The notes beneath the pieces are model-generated. The model did no database searches. It was not told the DNA's origin and saw only the letters and a list, made by a program, of their open reading frames with translations. Below are positions 29,506 through 39,538 of a stretch of 64,000 bases of DNA, in pieces. Numbering within the stretch: the first letter of the stretch is position 1; every line of letters begins with the position of its first letter. The stretch comes from a virus. Position numbers and translations under genes: made by a program. The DNA lies in the IMG/VR virus record IMGVR_UViG_3300012931_000018, positions 1 to 64,000 of that record; one strand, written 5' to 3'.

Positions 29506-29892
29506 ATGAAGAACACATTATTGAAAATATTAATTGTGATTGGCATAATAGTGCTAATAATATCAGCATCATTTACTACATTGAATGGTCAGACAATTTT
29601 GTGTACTAAACATTATCATCTAAGTACGGCAACTTGTACAGTTCCATTTATGGATGATACTTTATATGTAACCGGAAAATATTTAACAGCTGAATTTGAA
29701 TTTATATTAATAGAAATACAATTCCATGGTCTTGAATATTTGGATGCTTTACAAAAAACCAAAATAGGTGTTTGGCATATATCAGAATATATTGATGAAC
29801 AAATTAGATTTATTTATAATAGATGGATTGCTAAAAAAAGATTGCAAACAATCGATGATGATTTTTGGCAAGATGTAAATAAAAAAAGGTGA
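29506..29892 (+). CDS. exported hypothetical protein
   Basis: Signal-like N-terminus ending LNG-Q; ACACAGGGGA box upstream. Confidence 0.6.
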   Translation: MKNTLLKILIVIGIIVLIISASFTTLNGQTILCTKHYHLSTATCTVPFMDDTLYVTGKYLTAEFEFILIEIQFHGLEYLDALQKTKIGVWHISEYIDEQIRFIYNRWIAKKRLQTIDDDFWQDVNKKR

Positions 29893-29897
29893 ATAAA

Positions 29898-30890
29898 ATG
29901 GAAAAGAAAAATATTTTAATAACAGGGCATAATGGATTGGTGGGATCTGCTTTAGTAAAAATGTTTAAGAACGATGATAGAGAATATAATGTCATTGTTG
30001 CACCCAGAAGCAGTTTAGACTTAAAAAGTGAACAAAGTACCAGAAAATGGTTTGATCAAAGAATTAAAGAAGGCGTTAAGATTGATATGGTAATTTGTTG
30101 TGCTGGAAAGGTTGGTGGTATAGTTGCAAATTCTAAATATCCAGCTGAATTTTTATATGATAATGCTTTGATTGGATTGAATACAATTTCTGCTGCTTAT
30201 ATTTATAACGTAGATAAATTAATTTACTTAGGGAGTAGTTGTGTTTATCCAAAAACTTTAAAAATTATTGATGAAAATAAATTATTATCCAGTAAACTTG
30301 AACCTTCGAATGAAGGATATGCTATTGCTAAAATAATGAACATAAAACTTGTTGAAAAATTTCATATTGAATATGGTAAAAATTATTATTCAGTAATGCC
30401 TTGTAATGTTTATGGATATGGTGATAATTATAATCTTGAAAGTTCTCATGTTATTCCAGCATTGATTAGAAAATTGCATGAAGCTAAAATGAATAACAAT
30501 ACTGAATTTAATGTTATGGGTAATCCTGAAACACGACGTGAATTTACATTTTCAGATACATTGGCTGCTAAGATATATAATTTGATTGAATTTGTTAGTG
30601 CAGATTATTTAGATATAGTGTATGGTACTAATTTATTGAACCTTGGTAGTGGTGTGGAATATACGATGGATAAATTAGTGAAAACAATTTCTAAGGTTGT
30701 TGGCTATAAAGGAAAAATAAATTGGACTAATACTGGTGCTGGAGTTGAAAGAAAATTAATGGACTCGAAAAAACAAAAAGAAATTTTTTCATCATTTGGT
30801 TGTTATAATGATTTATATGAACCAGAATTAAGTGAAGGAATAAAAGTAACATATAATGATTTTTTAACTAATGAAGGATTAAGAAAATAA
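29898..30890 (+). CDS. fcl: GDP-L-fucose synthase
   Basis: ITGHNGLVGSA; AGKVGGIVAN; LGSSCVYPK; YAIAK; PCNVYG; SHVIPALIRK; RREF. Confidence 0.95.
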   Translation: MEKKNILITGHNGLVGSALVKMFKNDDREYNVIVAPRSSLDLKSEQSTRKWFDQRIKEGVKIDMVICCAGKVGGIVANSKYPAEFLYDNALIGLNTISAAYIYNVDKLIYLGSSCVYPKTLKIIDENKLLSSKLEPSNEGYAIAKIMNIKLVEKFHIEYGKNYYSVMPCNVYGYGDNYNLESSHVIPALIRKLHEAKMNNNTEFNVMGNPETRREFTFSDTLAAKIYNLIEFVSADYLDIVYGTNLLNLGSGVEYTMDKLVKTISKVVGYKGKINWTNTGAGVERKLMDSKKQKEIFSSFGCYNDLYEPELSEGIKVTYNDFLTNEGLRK

Positions 30891-31001
30891 TTTGTTAATA
30901 ATCGTCATATATTCATTAGACATGAAAAAATGGCACCAAGATAAGAAAACACAGGTGCAATAAATAATTAATTATACTACAATTTATTTCGGAGATTATT
31001 A

Positions 31002-31151
31002 ATGGAAAAAGAAAAAGAAAAAAATGAAACTGAAAGTAAATCAAATGAAGTTAAGACGGAATTTGATAAACTTTCAAAAGTTCAGAAAGATGTTGTCATG
31101 TCTGAATTAAATAAAAATCAGAAAACATCTGAGGTAAAAAATGAAAATTAA
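31002..31151 (+). CDS. small hypothetical protein (49 aa, not in the ORF track)
   Basis: GGAG SD; MEKEKEKNETESK...KNEN* overlaps the next start. Confidence 0.5.
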   Translation: MEKEKEKNETESKSNEVKTEFDKLSKVQKDVVMSELNKNQKTSEVKNEN

Positions 31152-32070
31152 TTGTCAATCAAAATCAGGTATGTCAGTATCTTCGGCATGGGGATGGACA
31201 CCATTATTTGGTGGTGTATCGACTTGTACACTTACATTTAGTCCAGGCATAGCGGCACAAGGCATAGATATATTAAATGTCAATATTATTCATGCTTGGA
31301 TGGTAAATGGGCAAATTATTGCTTCACAAAGTAATTTTGTTGATCAAATAAATAGTAATGGAATATTAAAGACAAGTCAATCTTTAATAATGGGTGGAAT
31401 TCCAACAGCACAAGCGGAATTAGTTTTTGTAGTTGACATAGGTATTCAGAATCCAGATGGTTCATATACTACTTGGAGAGGTACAACTCATACAGGTGTA
31501 TATAATTTTTCTGCACCCGGTCAAGTTCAAGCTAATGTTCCTGAAGGTTCACCTATACAATCAGGTATTGCTTATAATGCATATTGTGGTATTGATTATA
31601 ATGGAACAAATACTCATTATGAAGCAGAAGTCCAAAATGGATCAATAGTGAATATTAGTGGAAATCATTTTGCTATAATTCCAAATGCACCTAATTGTTC
31701 TTGGAGAGCAAGAGCGGTTAATGATCAAGGTACTGGTGCATGGAGTAGTTGGTGTTCATTTTCTGTTGATACATATATTAATAATCCTGTTGTTAGTGCT
31801 TATGCTGTGCAGCACCCATCTAAACCAATTATTGCTTTATATATGAATGGAAGTATTTCTGTTCCATCTGGTGTTGTTATAACAAGTAGTAAATTTATTT
31901 ATGGTGGTACTACAATTAATAATGGAACAACTTCAAGTCCATCTGCTTCAGTAAATAGTGTTAGTTTACCTATAACTGTGCAATTGCAAGTTATTTATTA
32001 TGATTCTGTTTGTGCAAAATCGGTTAGTAAAGAAGTATCAGTTGTAGTTAATGATACTGGTTTAGAATAA
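31141..32070 (+). CDS. beta-rich protein with an FN3/Ig-like domain
   Basis: WRARAVNDQGTGAWS FN3-like motif; G/S/N/V-rich; GAGGT SD. Confidence 0.7.
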   Translation: MKINCQSKSGMSVSSAWGWTPLFGGVSTCTLTFSPGIAAQGIDILNVNIIHAWMVNGQIIASQSNFVDQINSNGILKTSQSLIMGGIPTAQAELVFVVDIGIQNPDGSYTTWRGTTHTGVYNFSAPGQVQANVPEGSPIQSGIAYNAYCGIDYNGTNTHYEAEVQNGSIVNISGNHFAIIPNAPNCSWRARAVNDQGTGAWSSWCSFSVDTYINNPVVSAYAVQHPSKPIIALYMNGSISVPSGVVITSSKFIYGGTTINNGTTSSPSASVNSVSLPITVQLQVIYYDSVCAKSVSKEVSVVVNDTGLE

Positions 32071-32092
32071 TTATCACAAAATAATAATTCAA

Positions 32093-32124
32093 TAACAGTC
32101 TGGTTGAAATATATCAGACTGTTA
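32093..32124 (+). terminator. hairpin / probable terminator
   Basis: TAACAGTCTG/CAGACTGTTA stem; weak U-tail. Confidence 0.6.
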
Positions 32125-32150
32125 AAATTAATTTGATGAGGTTATATAAT

Positions 32151-33203
32151 ATGATAGATAAAAATAAACAAGTTGCATTGATAACTGGAATAACCGGGCA
32201 AGATGGAAGTTACCTTGCTGAACTTCTTTTAGAGAAAGAATATATTGTTCATGGTGTGATTAGAAGGTCAAGCAGTTTTAATACTGAAAGGATTGATCAT
32301 CTTTATAATGATCCAACATTGTTAGATAAAAAATTGTTTCTTCATTATGGTGATTTATCGGACAATAGTGTTTGTGAATTAATAAAAGAAATTAGACCGG
32401 ATGAAATTTATAATCTTGCTGCTCAAAGTCATGTTGCTGTAAGTTTTAAGATTCCTGAATATACTTCTGACATTAATTATATGGGTGTAGTTAGAATGTT
32501 GGAATGTATTAGGCATCTTGATTATCGTGTAAAGTTTTATCAGGCAAGCACAAGTGAAATGTTCGGCAAAAGTCTTCCACCACAAAATGAATCAACGTTA
32601 TTTCAGCCACAAAGCCCATATGCTGTTAGTAAAGTTGCTGCCCATAACATATGCACTAATTATAGAAATAGTTACAAGTTATTTATATGCTGTGGTATTT
32701 TATTTAATCATGAAAGCCCAAGACGTAATGAAACATTTGTAACAAGAAAAATTGTTAATGGTTTATGTAAGGTAAAACTTGGATTGCAAGACTGTGTAGT
32801 GTTAGGGAATATATTTGCTCAAAGAGATTGGGGTTGGGCACCTGATTATGTAGAAGCAATGTGGCTGATGATGCAAAGAAGTTTGCCTGATGACTATGTT
32901 ATTGCTACAGGGGCAAGTTATACTGTGAAAGAGTTTATAGAAGCGGTGTTGCTTTGTCTTAATATTGAATATGAATGGTTGGAACATACAGGTGGTTCAT
33001 TTCATGTACTGGATAAAAAAGATAGTAAAATTATTCTTTCAACTGATAGTATTAAATATATTAGACCATCTGATGTTGATTGGTTGTGTGGAGATTATAC
33101 AGCAGCAAAAAGATTATTAGGGTGGAAACCAACTAAATATATGGATCAAATAATAGATGAAATGGTCAAATCAGATTTTGAAAAATTAAATAGAGGACAA
33201 TAA
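32151..33203 (+). CDS. gmd: GDP-mannose 4,6-dehydratase
   Basis: ALITGITGQDGSYLAE; NLAAQSHV; FYQASTSEMFG; SPYAVSK; GILFNHESPRR; RDWG. Confidence 0.97.
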   Translation: MIDKNKQVALITGITGQDGSYLAELLLEKEYIVHGVIRRSSSFNTERIDHLYNDPTLLDKKLFLHYGDLSDNSVCELIKEIRPDEIYNLAAQSHVAVSFKIPEYTSDINYMGVVRMLECIRHLDYRVKFYQASTSEMFGKSLPPQNESTLFQPQSPYAVSKVAAHNICTNYRNSYKLFICCGILFNHESPRRNETFVTRKIVNGLCKVKLGLQDCVVLGNIFAQRDWGWAPDYVEAMWLMMQRSLPDDYVIATGASYTVKEFIEAVLLCLNIEYEWLEHTGGSFHVLDKKDSKIILSTDSIKYIRPSDVDWLCGDYTAAKRLLGWKPTKYMDQIIDEMVKSDFEKLNRGQ

Positions 33204-33373
33204 TGACAAGACGTGAATTAAAAGATGAAATAAAAGAATCAATAAAGGATTCAAAAAGTTTTGATGACATTATTGAAAATGTATCTGAATATATTGTGAA
33301 CAATTTCAAATTAAAAAGAAGGGTGATTGTTTATGGAAAAGACAAGAACAGCAAAAGCAAAAGCAAAAGATGA
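33203..33373 (+). CDS. small hypothetical protein (56 aa, not in the ORF track)
   Basis: GAGGA SD; TAATG coupling with gmd; MTRRELKDEIK... Confidence 0.55.
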   Translation: MTRRELKDEIKESIKDSKSFDDIIENVSEYIVNNFKLKRRVIVYGKDKNSKSKSKR

Positions 33374-33650
33374 TAAAAATTCAATGGTGGTATTTGACAA
33401 TATTATTTTTGAAACAAAATCTAATAACGAACTATTGATAATTAAAATAAATGATAAAAATTTAGATGAGCATCTTGATAATATTGCTAAAAATTTGAAA
33501 ACGTTGATAGATGCAAGCGGTTGGAATGGTAAAATAATTATTTTAAGAAGTGATGATGAAATAGTTTATGGCTCGATTAGTTTATTTAGATATGCTATTT
33601 ATTGCATAAAAAATAAAATTAAATTATTAAAAAAATGGAGTAAAAAATGA
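33333..33650 (+). CDS. hypothetical protein
   Basis: ORF with ATGA coupling to the next gene. Confidence 0.6.
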   Translation: MEKTRTAKAKAKDDKNSMVVFDNIIFETKSNNELLIIKINDKNLDEHLDNIAKNLKTLIDASGWNGKIIILRSDDEIVYGSISLFRYAIYCIKNKIKLLKKWSKK

Positions 33651-34270
33651 AAACTATATTTTCTAAAATTATTTTATTGAGTTCAATTTTAATATTAGTA
33701 TTATCCTTAAATGGATGTGGATTAATTACTGGAATGATATTCCAAGATGACCCTAATAAGTATTATAAACCAGATACCACATTAATCACACAAACTGATT
33801 CAGTGTATCCAGATTTAGATTATGATAATTTATATGGATATGATGAATCAGCGGAAATGAAAATTGATTCTTCTGAAATTAAAAAAATGAAAAATAATAT
33901 CGATAGTCTTAAAACAATATTAAATAGTGTTATCGGAGAAAAGAATAAAATTTTATTTGATTTTGATATAGAGAAAAATATAAAAGAAAATAATATCTTA
34001 TCAATACAATCAAAAATGTATAAATTAAAAAATATAATAGATAGTCTGGAACAAAATACAACTGATTCTACTTTGCTTAAGCAATTAAATGATGCTAAAT
34101 TATATATAGCTAAAAATGATTCTGCTATGGTAAATGCTATGAAGAAAAATAAAAATATGATAGGATCAATTGGTGATGAAAAGAATACATTAATAATGGG
34201 TATGTGTTTGATTGCAATATCGTTTATTATTTTATTTGTATATAGCATCTTTAATAAAAAGAAATCTTAA
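33647..34270 (+). CDS. putative unimolecular spanin (lipoprotein with a C-terminal TM helix)
   Basis: Lipobox LNGC; coiled-coil middle; C-terminal TM followed by NKKKS; immediately upstream of the endolysin. Confidence 0.6.
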   Translation: MKTIFSKIILLSSILILVLSLNGCGLITGMIFQDDPNKYYKPDTTLITQTDSVYPDLDYDNLYGYDESAEMKIDSSEIKKMKNNIDSLKTILNSVIGEKNKILFDFDIEKNIKENNILSIQSKMYKLKNIIDSLEQNTTDSTLLKQLNDAKLYIAKNDSAMVNAMKKNKNMIGSIGDEKNTLIMGMCLIAISFIILFVYSIFNKKKS

Positions 34271-34346
34271 AGGGTATTATTGCCATATTTTTTTTCTTTT
34301 ATTAATAGATGACAATTATTTTTATTACACAAGAATGGAATTAATT

Positions 34347-34973
34347 ATGAGAACACTAAAACTTGTCAGGGATTATATAAAAAGTTTTGAATCGTTAAAA
34401 TTAACAGCTTACCTATGCCCAAGTAGTGTTTGGACTATTGGATTTGGAACAACTATCTATCCTAATTATCAACGGGTAAAAGAAGGTGATAAATGCACTA
34501 TTGAACAAGCTGAAGAATATTTTAATCACAATATTAATGAAATAGAAAAATTCTTAAATAATAAAATAAAATTAATTGTTGATGACTTAACTGATTATGA
34601 ATATAGTGCATTAGTTAGTTTAATCTATAATATTGGAAGTGGAAATTTTGAACATAGTAAGGTTTTTTATTACTTACAAAGAAAAGATCATTGGTATGCT
34701 GCTAATTCGTTTCTTGATCATATATATGCTTGGGATAAAAATAAAAAGTGTCGTGTAAAATTAAAAGGTCTTGAAATAAGAAGAAAAAAAGAAGTAGAAA
34801 TTTTTAATTATAATAAATATGAAAAAGTTGTTAGTAAAACTGTTAAGCCGATTGAGAAAATAATTGATTTTAATTTTGCTAAAAAAATAATTGTAAAAGG
34901 ACTTACAAAGATATATAATATAAAAGAAAATATTTTGGTAATGCCTAAATATTTGGATGAAAGAATTTTATAA
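34347..34973 (+). CDS. endolysin, GH24 phage lysozyme
   Basis: IKSFESLKLTAYLCPSSVWTIGFGT; ALVSLIYNIG; LKGLEIRRKKE. Confidence 0.92.
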   Translation: MRTLKLVRDYIKSFESLKLTAYLCPSSVWTIGFGTTIYPNYQRVKEGDKCTIEQAEEYFNHNINEIEKFLNNKIKLIVDDLTDYEYSALVSLIYNIGSGNFEHSKVFYYLQRKDHWYAANSFLDHIYAWDKNKKCRVKLKGLEIRRKKEVEIFNYNKYEKVVSKTVKPIEKIIDFNFAKKIIVKGLTKIYNIKENILVMPKYLDERIL

Positions 34974-35008
34974 TTTATTAATCTATTATTAATCTAAGAG
35001 GCAATAAG

Positions 35009-35344
35009 ATGAAAGAAATAATAATAACAACAGTTGTTACATTATTGTTAACAACAGGAACAAGCTTCATAGTTTCATTAATTAAGAAAGGTCAATTTGA
35101 AACATGGGGAATTGCTTGTGGTAAGGCACTTAGTAAAATAGGTGATTTAAAGTTAGGTAGAAGTAAATGGGAAAAAGTTGAAGATGCATTAATGATTGCT
35201 ATTGTATCATTTGCTCAAGGTTTGAAAAAAGGTGCTGATTTAGATGATAGTTTATCAGATGATGAAGTAAAAGCTCAAGTTGAAGCAGGTGCTCAAAGAA
35301 TTGCCCGACGTTCTAATTCTGAAAAAAACAAGGCATCAAGTTAA
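35009..35344 (+). CDS. holin candidate / small membrane protein
   Basis: N-terminal TM, charged C-terminus, directly after the endolysin. Confidence 0.45.
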   Translation: MKEIIITTVVTLLLTTGTSFIVSLIKKGQFETWGIACGKALSKIGDLKLGRSKWEKVEDALMIAIVSFAQGLKKGADLDDSLSDDEVKAQVEAGAQRIARRSNSEKNKASS

Positions 35345-35362
35345 TGCTGTTAAAAATATAAT

Positions 35363-35372
35363 ACACAGGAAA
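35363..35372 (+). promoter_or_regulatory. ACACAGGAAA box upstream of terL
   Basis: Recurring motif at late-gene starts. Confidence 0.55.
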
Positions 35373-35382
35373 GGTTTTTATT

Positions 35383-37161
35383 ATGGCACGTACATTAACA
35401 AAAAAGCAGCCAACAAGAAAAATATTTGTAAATGGACTGATGGATATTCTTTCAGCACCAAGTGATAATGAACAATTAATAGATAACAGTGATTGGATTG
35501 AAATTCCTGTACCAATAGATTATTTTTGTGAAAAATATTTAGGTGAACCTTTATTTGATAAGCAGAGTGAATTTTCCAGTGCAATGATTGATGGGACTAA
35601 AAGAAAACTTGCAGGGAAACCTATTATAACAACGCGATGGAATAGGCAATATGACGAAGGTCATGCCTTTTGGGGCAAGGGATCAGGCAAAGATAGAACG
35701 ATTGCAAAAATTGTTGTTTATATAGGGTACAAATTAAAATGTCATAAGAATCCTCAAAAATGGTTAAGAGAAAAATATGGTGCATCGATAGGTGATGATG
35801 ATAATTTAGATATTGCTAATATTTCTATTAATGCACGTCAAGCACAAAATGTATTTTTTAAGAAACTAAAATCATTTGTAAAGAAATGCAAGAATCCTAA
35901 AACTAAAAAGAATTGGTTTGAAGAACATGGCATGGATTTAAGGGATGGTTATGATATCTTGCAAAATGAAATAAGATTTAGTGATTCAATAACAGCACAT
36001 TCTTTAAATTCAGAAACATATACAGGTGAAGGACTTAATTTATTAATAGTAGTAATAGATGAATATGGTGGATTCCCTGAAAAGAGAGCTTCTGATTTAT
36101 ATGATAGTTTAAGAACTTCTGTTGATTCACGTTTCCCTGGCGGTATTGGGAAGTTAATGATTTTGTCATATAAATATCACAATAATGATCCAATGGATAT
36201 TATATACAAGCAAGGTTCAAAAGAAGAAACAACATTTTCTTCTAAAGCATCAACATGGGATATAAATCCATTAAGAAAGAAAACTGATTTTGCTAAGCAA
36301 TATAAAAAGAATCCTGAAAAGGCAAAGATGACATTCGAATGTGAAGGCGGTGATATTGAAGGTGGTTATGTTACTAAGAAATATTTATTGTCTAAAGGTT
36401 TTGACCCACATTATGTTAATCCTATTGTTGGAGATTTACTATCTATAAAATCAAGCCATCTTACAAGTTTAAAATTTCATTCAGATTTTCAACCAGCAGT
36501 AGGAAAAATATATGCAGCACGTTTTGACTTAGCTACTGGAAAAAGAGATGGAAAAAGAGATATGGCAGGATTTGCTTTAGTACATCCTGAAAAAATGTTT
36601 CCGGTTTTTGATCCAAGATTAAAACGCGATTTAGCTAAAGAAGGTATAGTGATTGAATTTGCAGAAGGAACCGAACAAAATCCTGTTGCGAGAAAAGGAA
36701 TTCTAACAGACCTTGCTTTTCAAATAGTTGCTCCAACTGGTTCGGAAATTCAATTCAGTGATTTAAGGGAATTTGTATTGATGTTGAAAAAATTAGGGTG
36801 GAATATTGTTTATACAACTTATGATGGATGGGAAAGTAGAGATTCAATACAAATAATGAATCAAAATGGAATTGACGCATATCAAAGTTCGGTTGATAGA
36901 AATAATGATGCTTATGATTTGTGGAAAGAATTAATGTATCAGCAATTATGGAAATGTTATCCACAATCAATAGCACAACGTGAAGCTAAAGAATTAATTT
37001 TAACTGATCAAGGTAAAGTTGATCATCCTGAAAAATCATGGCAAAGATTTTTAATGGAAGGGATTAATCTTGGCTCTAAGGATGTTATGGATAGTATTGT
37101 TGGAGCAGTTCAATGTGCATATGAAAAAATACCTATTGAAGCAGATATATTTTTCGGATAA
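35383..37161 (+). CDS. terL: terminase large subunit
   Basis: GKGSGKD Walker A; VVIDE Walker B; RNase H-like FDLA...TYDGW...KVDHP...SKDVMDS. Confidence 0.9.
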   Translation: MARTLTKKQPTRKIFVNGLMDILSAPSDNEQLIDNSDWIEIPVPIDYFCEKYLGEPLFDKQSEFSSAMIDGTKRKLAGKPIITTRWNRQYDEGHAFWGKGSGKDRTIAKIVVYIGYKLKCHKNPQKWLREKYGASIGDDDNLDIANISINARQAQNVFFKKLKSFVKKCKNPKTKKNWFEEHGMDLRDGYDILQNEIRFSDSITAHSLNSETYTGEGLNLLIVVIDEYGGFPEKRASDLYDSLRTSVDSRFPGGIGKLMILSYKYHNNDPMDIIYKQGSKEETTFSSKASTWDINPLRKKTDFAKQYKKNPEKAKMTFECEGGDIEGGYVTKKYLLSKGFDPHYVNPIVGDLLSIKSSHLTSLKFHSDFQPAVGKIYAARFDLATGKRDGKRDMAGFALVHPEKMFPVFDPRLKRDLAKEGIVIEFAEGTEQNPVARKGILTDLAFQIVAPTGSEIQFSDLREFVLMLKKLGWNIVYTTYDGWESRDSIQIMNQNGIDAYQSSVDRNNDAYDLWKELMYQQLWKCYPQSIAQREAKELILTDQGKVDHPEKSWQRFLMEGINLGSKDVMDSIVGAVQCAYEKIPIEADIFFG

Positions 37162-37172
37162 AGGATAAGATT

Positions 37173-37373
37173 ATGAAAATAAATAAAGAAGAATTTAATA
37201 AAAAAGAATATGAAGCAAATTTATTTGCTTGCTATTTATTAATTCCTAAAGAAAAATTTGATAGTGAAATTAAAAACGGGAATAATACAGTAATAGGTCT
37301 TGCTGATTATTTTAATGTTCCAATACTTTCTATTTTGTTTTATGCAAGGCAGCTTAAATATCGAATAACTTAA
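37173..37373 (+). CDS. truncated ImmA/IrrE-like protein (C-terminal part only)
   Basis: EYEANLFACYLLIP...LADYFNV; no HExxH. Confidence 0.6.
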   Translation: MKINKEEFNKKEYEANLFACYLLIPKEKFDSEIKNGNNTVIGLADYFNVPILSILFYARQLKYRIT

Positions 37374-37383
37374 ACACAGGAAA
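37374..37383 (+). promoter_or_regulatory. ACACAGGAAA box
   Basis: Recurring motif; ATG at 37390. Confidence 0.55.
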
Positions 37384-37389
37384 AATAAA

Positions 37390-37944
37390 ATGAACAATCA
37401 AAATAATAATCAAGCACCATTACCACTTGATGGAAATGATGGTACTAATAATGAATTAAATAAAGAGTTGGAAGATGGCACAATTGAACTTGAAGGAAAT
37501 AGCAATAAACAAAGTTCTTTCATTAGTGACGAAAGAAGCAAAGAATCTATTCAACAAATATCTGGTGAAGTCGAAATTGCAGCGCCAGACAGAAGATTCA
37601 AAAAATCTTCAAAAGGAATTGGACGAAATGAGTCAGGAAAAAATAAACAATTGGAAAATGAATTCAAGCGACAAAATAAAAAACAAAATAAAATAAAAAG
37701 AAATAGTCAAAGGATAAAAAATATTAAAATGCTATTTAGATTTGATGGCAATAATATATTGTTTAGTTTAATTAAAAAATTATTTGGTTTGGTAGATGTT
37801 ATTTTGAATATTGTAACTATTTCAGCTATGGTGATTGGATTATATTGGGCAATTAAATATATAATTGATGGTAACTATTATATGGTTGCTGCTTGTTGCT
37901 TATTTATTTTTATAGTTGCATATGTAAATGAAAAAATACAATAA
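37390..37944 (+). CDS. membrane protein with two C-terminal TM helices
   Basis: Disordered N-terminus and two hydrophobic segments. Confidence 0.7.
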   Translation: MNNQNNNQAPLPLDGNDGTNNELNKELEDGTIELEGNSNKQSSFISDERSKESIQQISGEVEIAAPDRRFKKSSKGIGRNESGKNKQLENEFKRQNKKQNKIKRNSQRIKNIKMLFRFDGNNILFSLIKKLFGLVDVILNIVTISAMVIGLYWAIKYIIDGNYYMVAACCLFIFIVAYVNEKIQ

Positions 37945-37963
37945 TATAAAATGAGGTTAGGAA

Positions 37964-39523
37964 ATGATATCATTAAAAAAATCTTTACCAGCTGTTGATA
38001 TATATAAATCTAATTCAAAAATTTCTGTATTAGATAGCGATGAATTAGGATATGGCAGCAGAACAAACACTGGAGAAAAAGATTCATATGCGCAAAAATT
38101 AGCAGCCAGAGGACTTTCTTTTGAAGAAATGGAAATGATTTATGTGGCTAATGTATGGGTAAGATCAGCTGTGGATAGAATTGTTGAAAGAGTCTCCGGT
38201 GTACAACCATTAATTAAACCACTTGGATTAAAGATAGAAGATTATCAGGATGGTAAAGTTCCCGATAGTGTAAAAAGAGATATGGATGCTATTGGTGAAT
38301 TAATAATAAGACCAAATGATAATAATGAAACATTTACAGATATAAGAAAAAAATATTCAAGAGATTTATTGAAATTTGATGCCTCTGCTATTGAAATTGT
38401 AACCGATATGGATATAAATAGAAGTAAAAATAAGGCAAGACTTTATAATGTGTCGGGTGATCAGGTAAAAGTAAATGTTGATAACAATGGAATGATAAAA
38501 AATTATAAACAAGTAAAAAGAAATATGCAAGTTGTTGCCACGTGGTCTAAATCTGAAATGATTTATGGAATGTTAAATCCACAATCAAATAAAGTATATG
38601 GTTTAAGTCCGGCGGAATCTCTAATCCAAACAGTAACTGCTGAATTATATGCAAGTCAATATCAATTAGATTTTTATTATAACAACGCAACACCAAGATT
38701 TGCTGTAATGATGGAAGGACTTGGAATTGGACAAGGTTCAACTGCAATGAACAGATTTAGAAAATGGTGGGATGATGAATTAAGAGGCAATCCACATCGT
38801 CCTATTATTCTTGGAACTGAAAATGGGAAAATTTCATTTCAACAAGTTGGTCTTTCTAATCAAGATATGGAATTTCAACAATATAGTATTTGGTTATTGA
38901 ATAAGATTTGTTCTGTATATAAAATAATGCCATCGTTAATTGTTTCATTACCATCTTTACAAAATAAAGGTGAATATAAAGATATGAATGATCAGTTTAA
39001 TCTTGAAGCTATTAAACCACATCTATCTTTATTTGCAGAGCAAGTAAATCAGCAAATTATTTTTTCTGAAGATGTTATGGGAATAAAAAGTGCATATCTT
39101 GATTTTGATCTTGTTATTGGTGATAAAAAAGAACAAGCGGAAATTCATGAACGTTATGCGCGTATGGGTGTTTTAACAATTAATGATATTAGAACACGCG
39201 GATTAGGATTAGCTCCAGTACCTTGGGGTAATGTTCCTTATCTTCAAAATAATTTAGCACCATTTGGTGCAGGGAAAAATGGTCAAGTTTTGCCGGGCAA
39301 TTTAGATGAAGCAAATCAACAACTTAATGATGGTATTTCTGTTGATGATATATCTAATGTTCCAAATACATCAATAGCATCTAAAAAAATAATTGAGCAA
39401 TACTTATCTAAAACTAATAAACCTATTGGGTGGGAAAATTTAGAAGTAAATGAAAGACTTTTTATTGTTGAAAAATTATTAAAAGAAAAAGAAGATTGGT
39501 TGTCTAAAGTATATATTTATTAA
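37964..39523 (+). CDS. portal protein
   Basis: RPNDNNET; YGLSPAE; FYYNNATP; DMEFQQ; GVLTINDIR...GLAP; follows terL. Confidence 0.92.
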   Translation: MISLKKSLPAVDIYKSNSKISVLDSDELGYGSRTNTGEKDSYAQKLAARGLSFEEMEMIYVANVWVRSAVDRIVERVSGVQPLIKPLGLKIEDYQDGKVPDSVKRDMDAIGELIIRPNDNNETFTDIRKKYSRDLLKFDASAIEIVTDMDINRSKNKARLYNVSGDQVKVNVDNNGMIKNYKQVKRNMQVVATWSKSEMIYGMLNPQSNKVYGLSPAESLIQTVTAELYASQYQLDFYYNNATPRFAVMMEGLGIGQGSTAMNRFRKWWDDELRGNPHRPIILGTENGKISFQQVGLSNQDMEFQQYSIWLLNKICSVYKIMPSLIVSLPSLQNKGEYKDMNDQFNLEAIKPHLSLFAEQVNQQIIFSEDVMGIKSAYLDFDLVIGDKKEQAEIHERYARMGVLTINDIRTRGLGLAPVPWGNVPYLQNNLAPFGAGKNGQVLPGNLDEANQQLNDGISVDDISNVPNTSIASKKIIEQYLSKTNKPIGWENLEVNERLFIVEKLLKEKEDWLSKVYIY

Positions 39524-39538
39524 TAATAGGTTTATATC

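Noticed and set aside
7435-33203. Bacterial chromosome origin of recA, hup, gmd and fcl
   Set aside because: They are interleaved with phage genes on one strand with the same composition, and there is no host-like operon context or prophage boundary.
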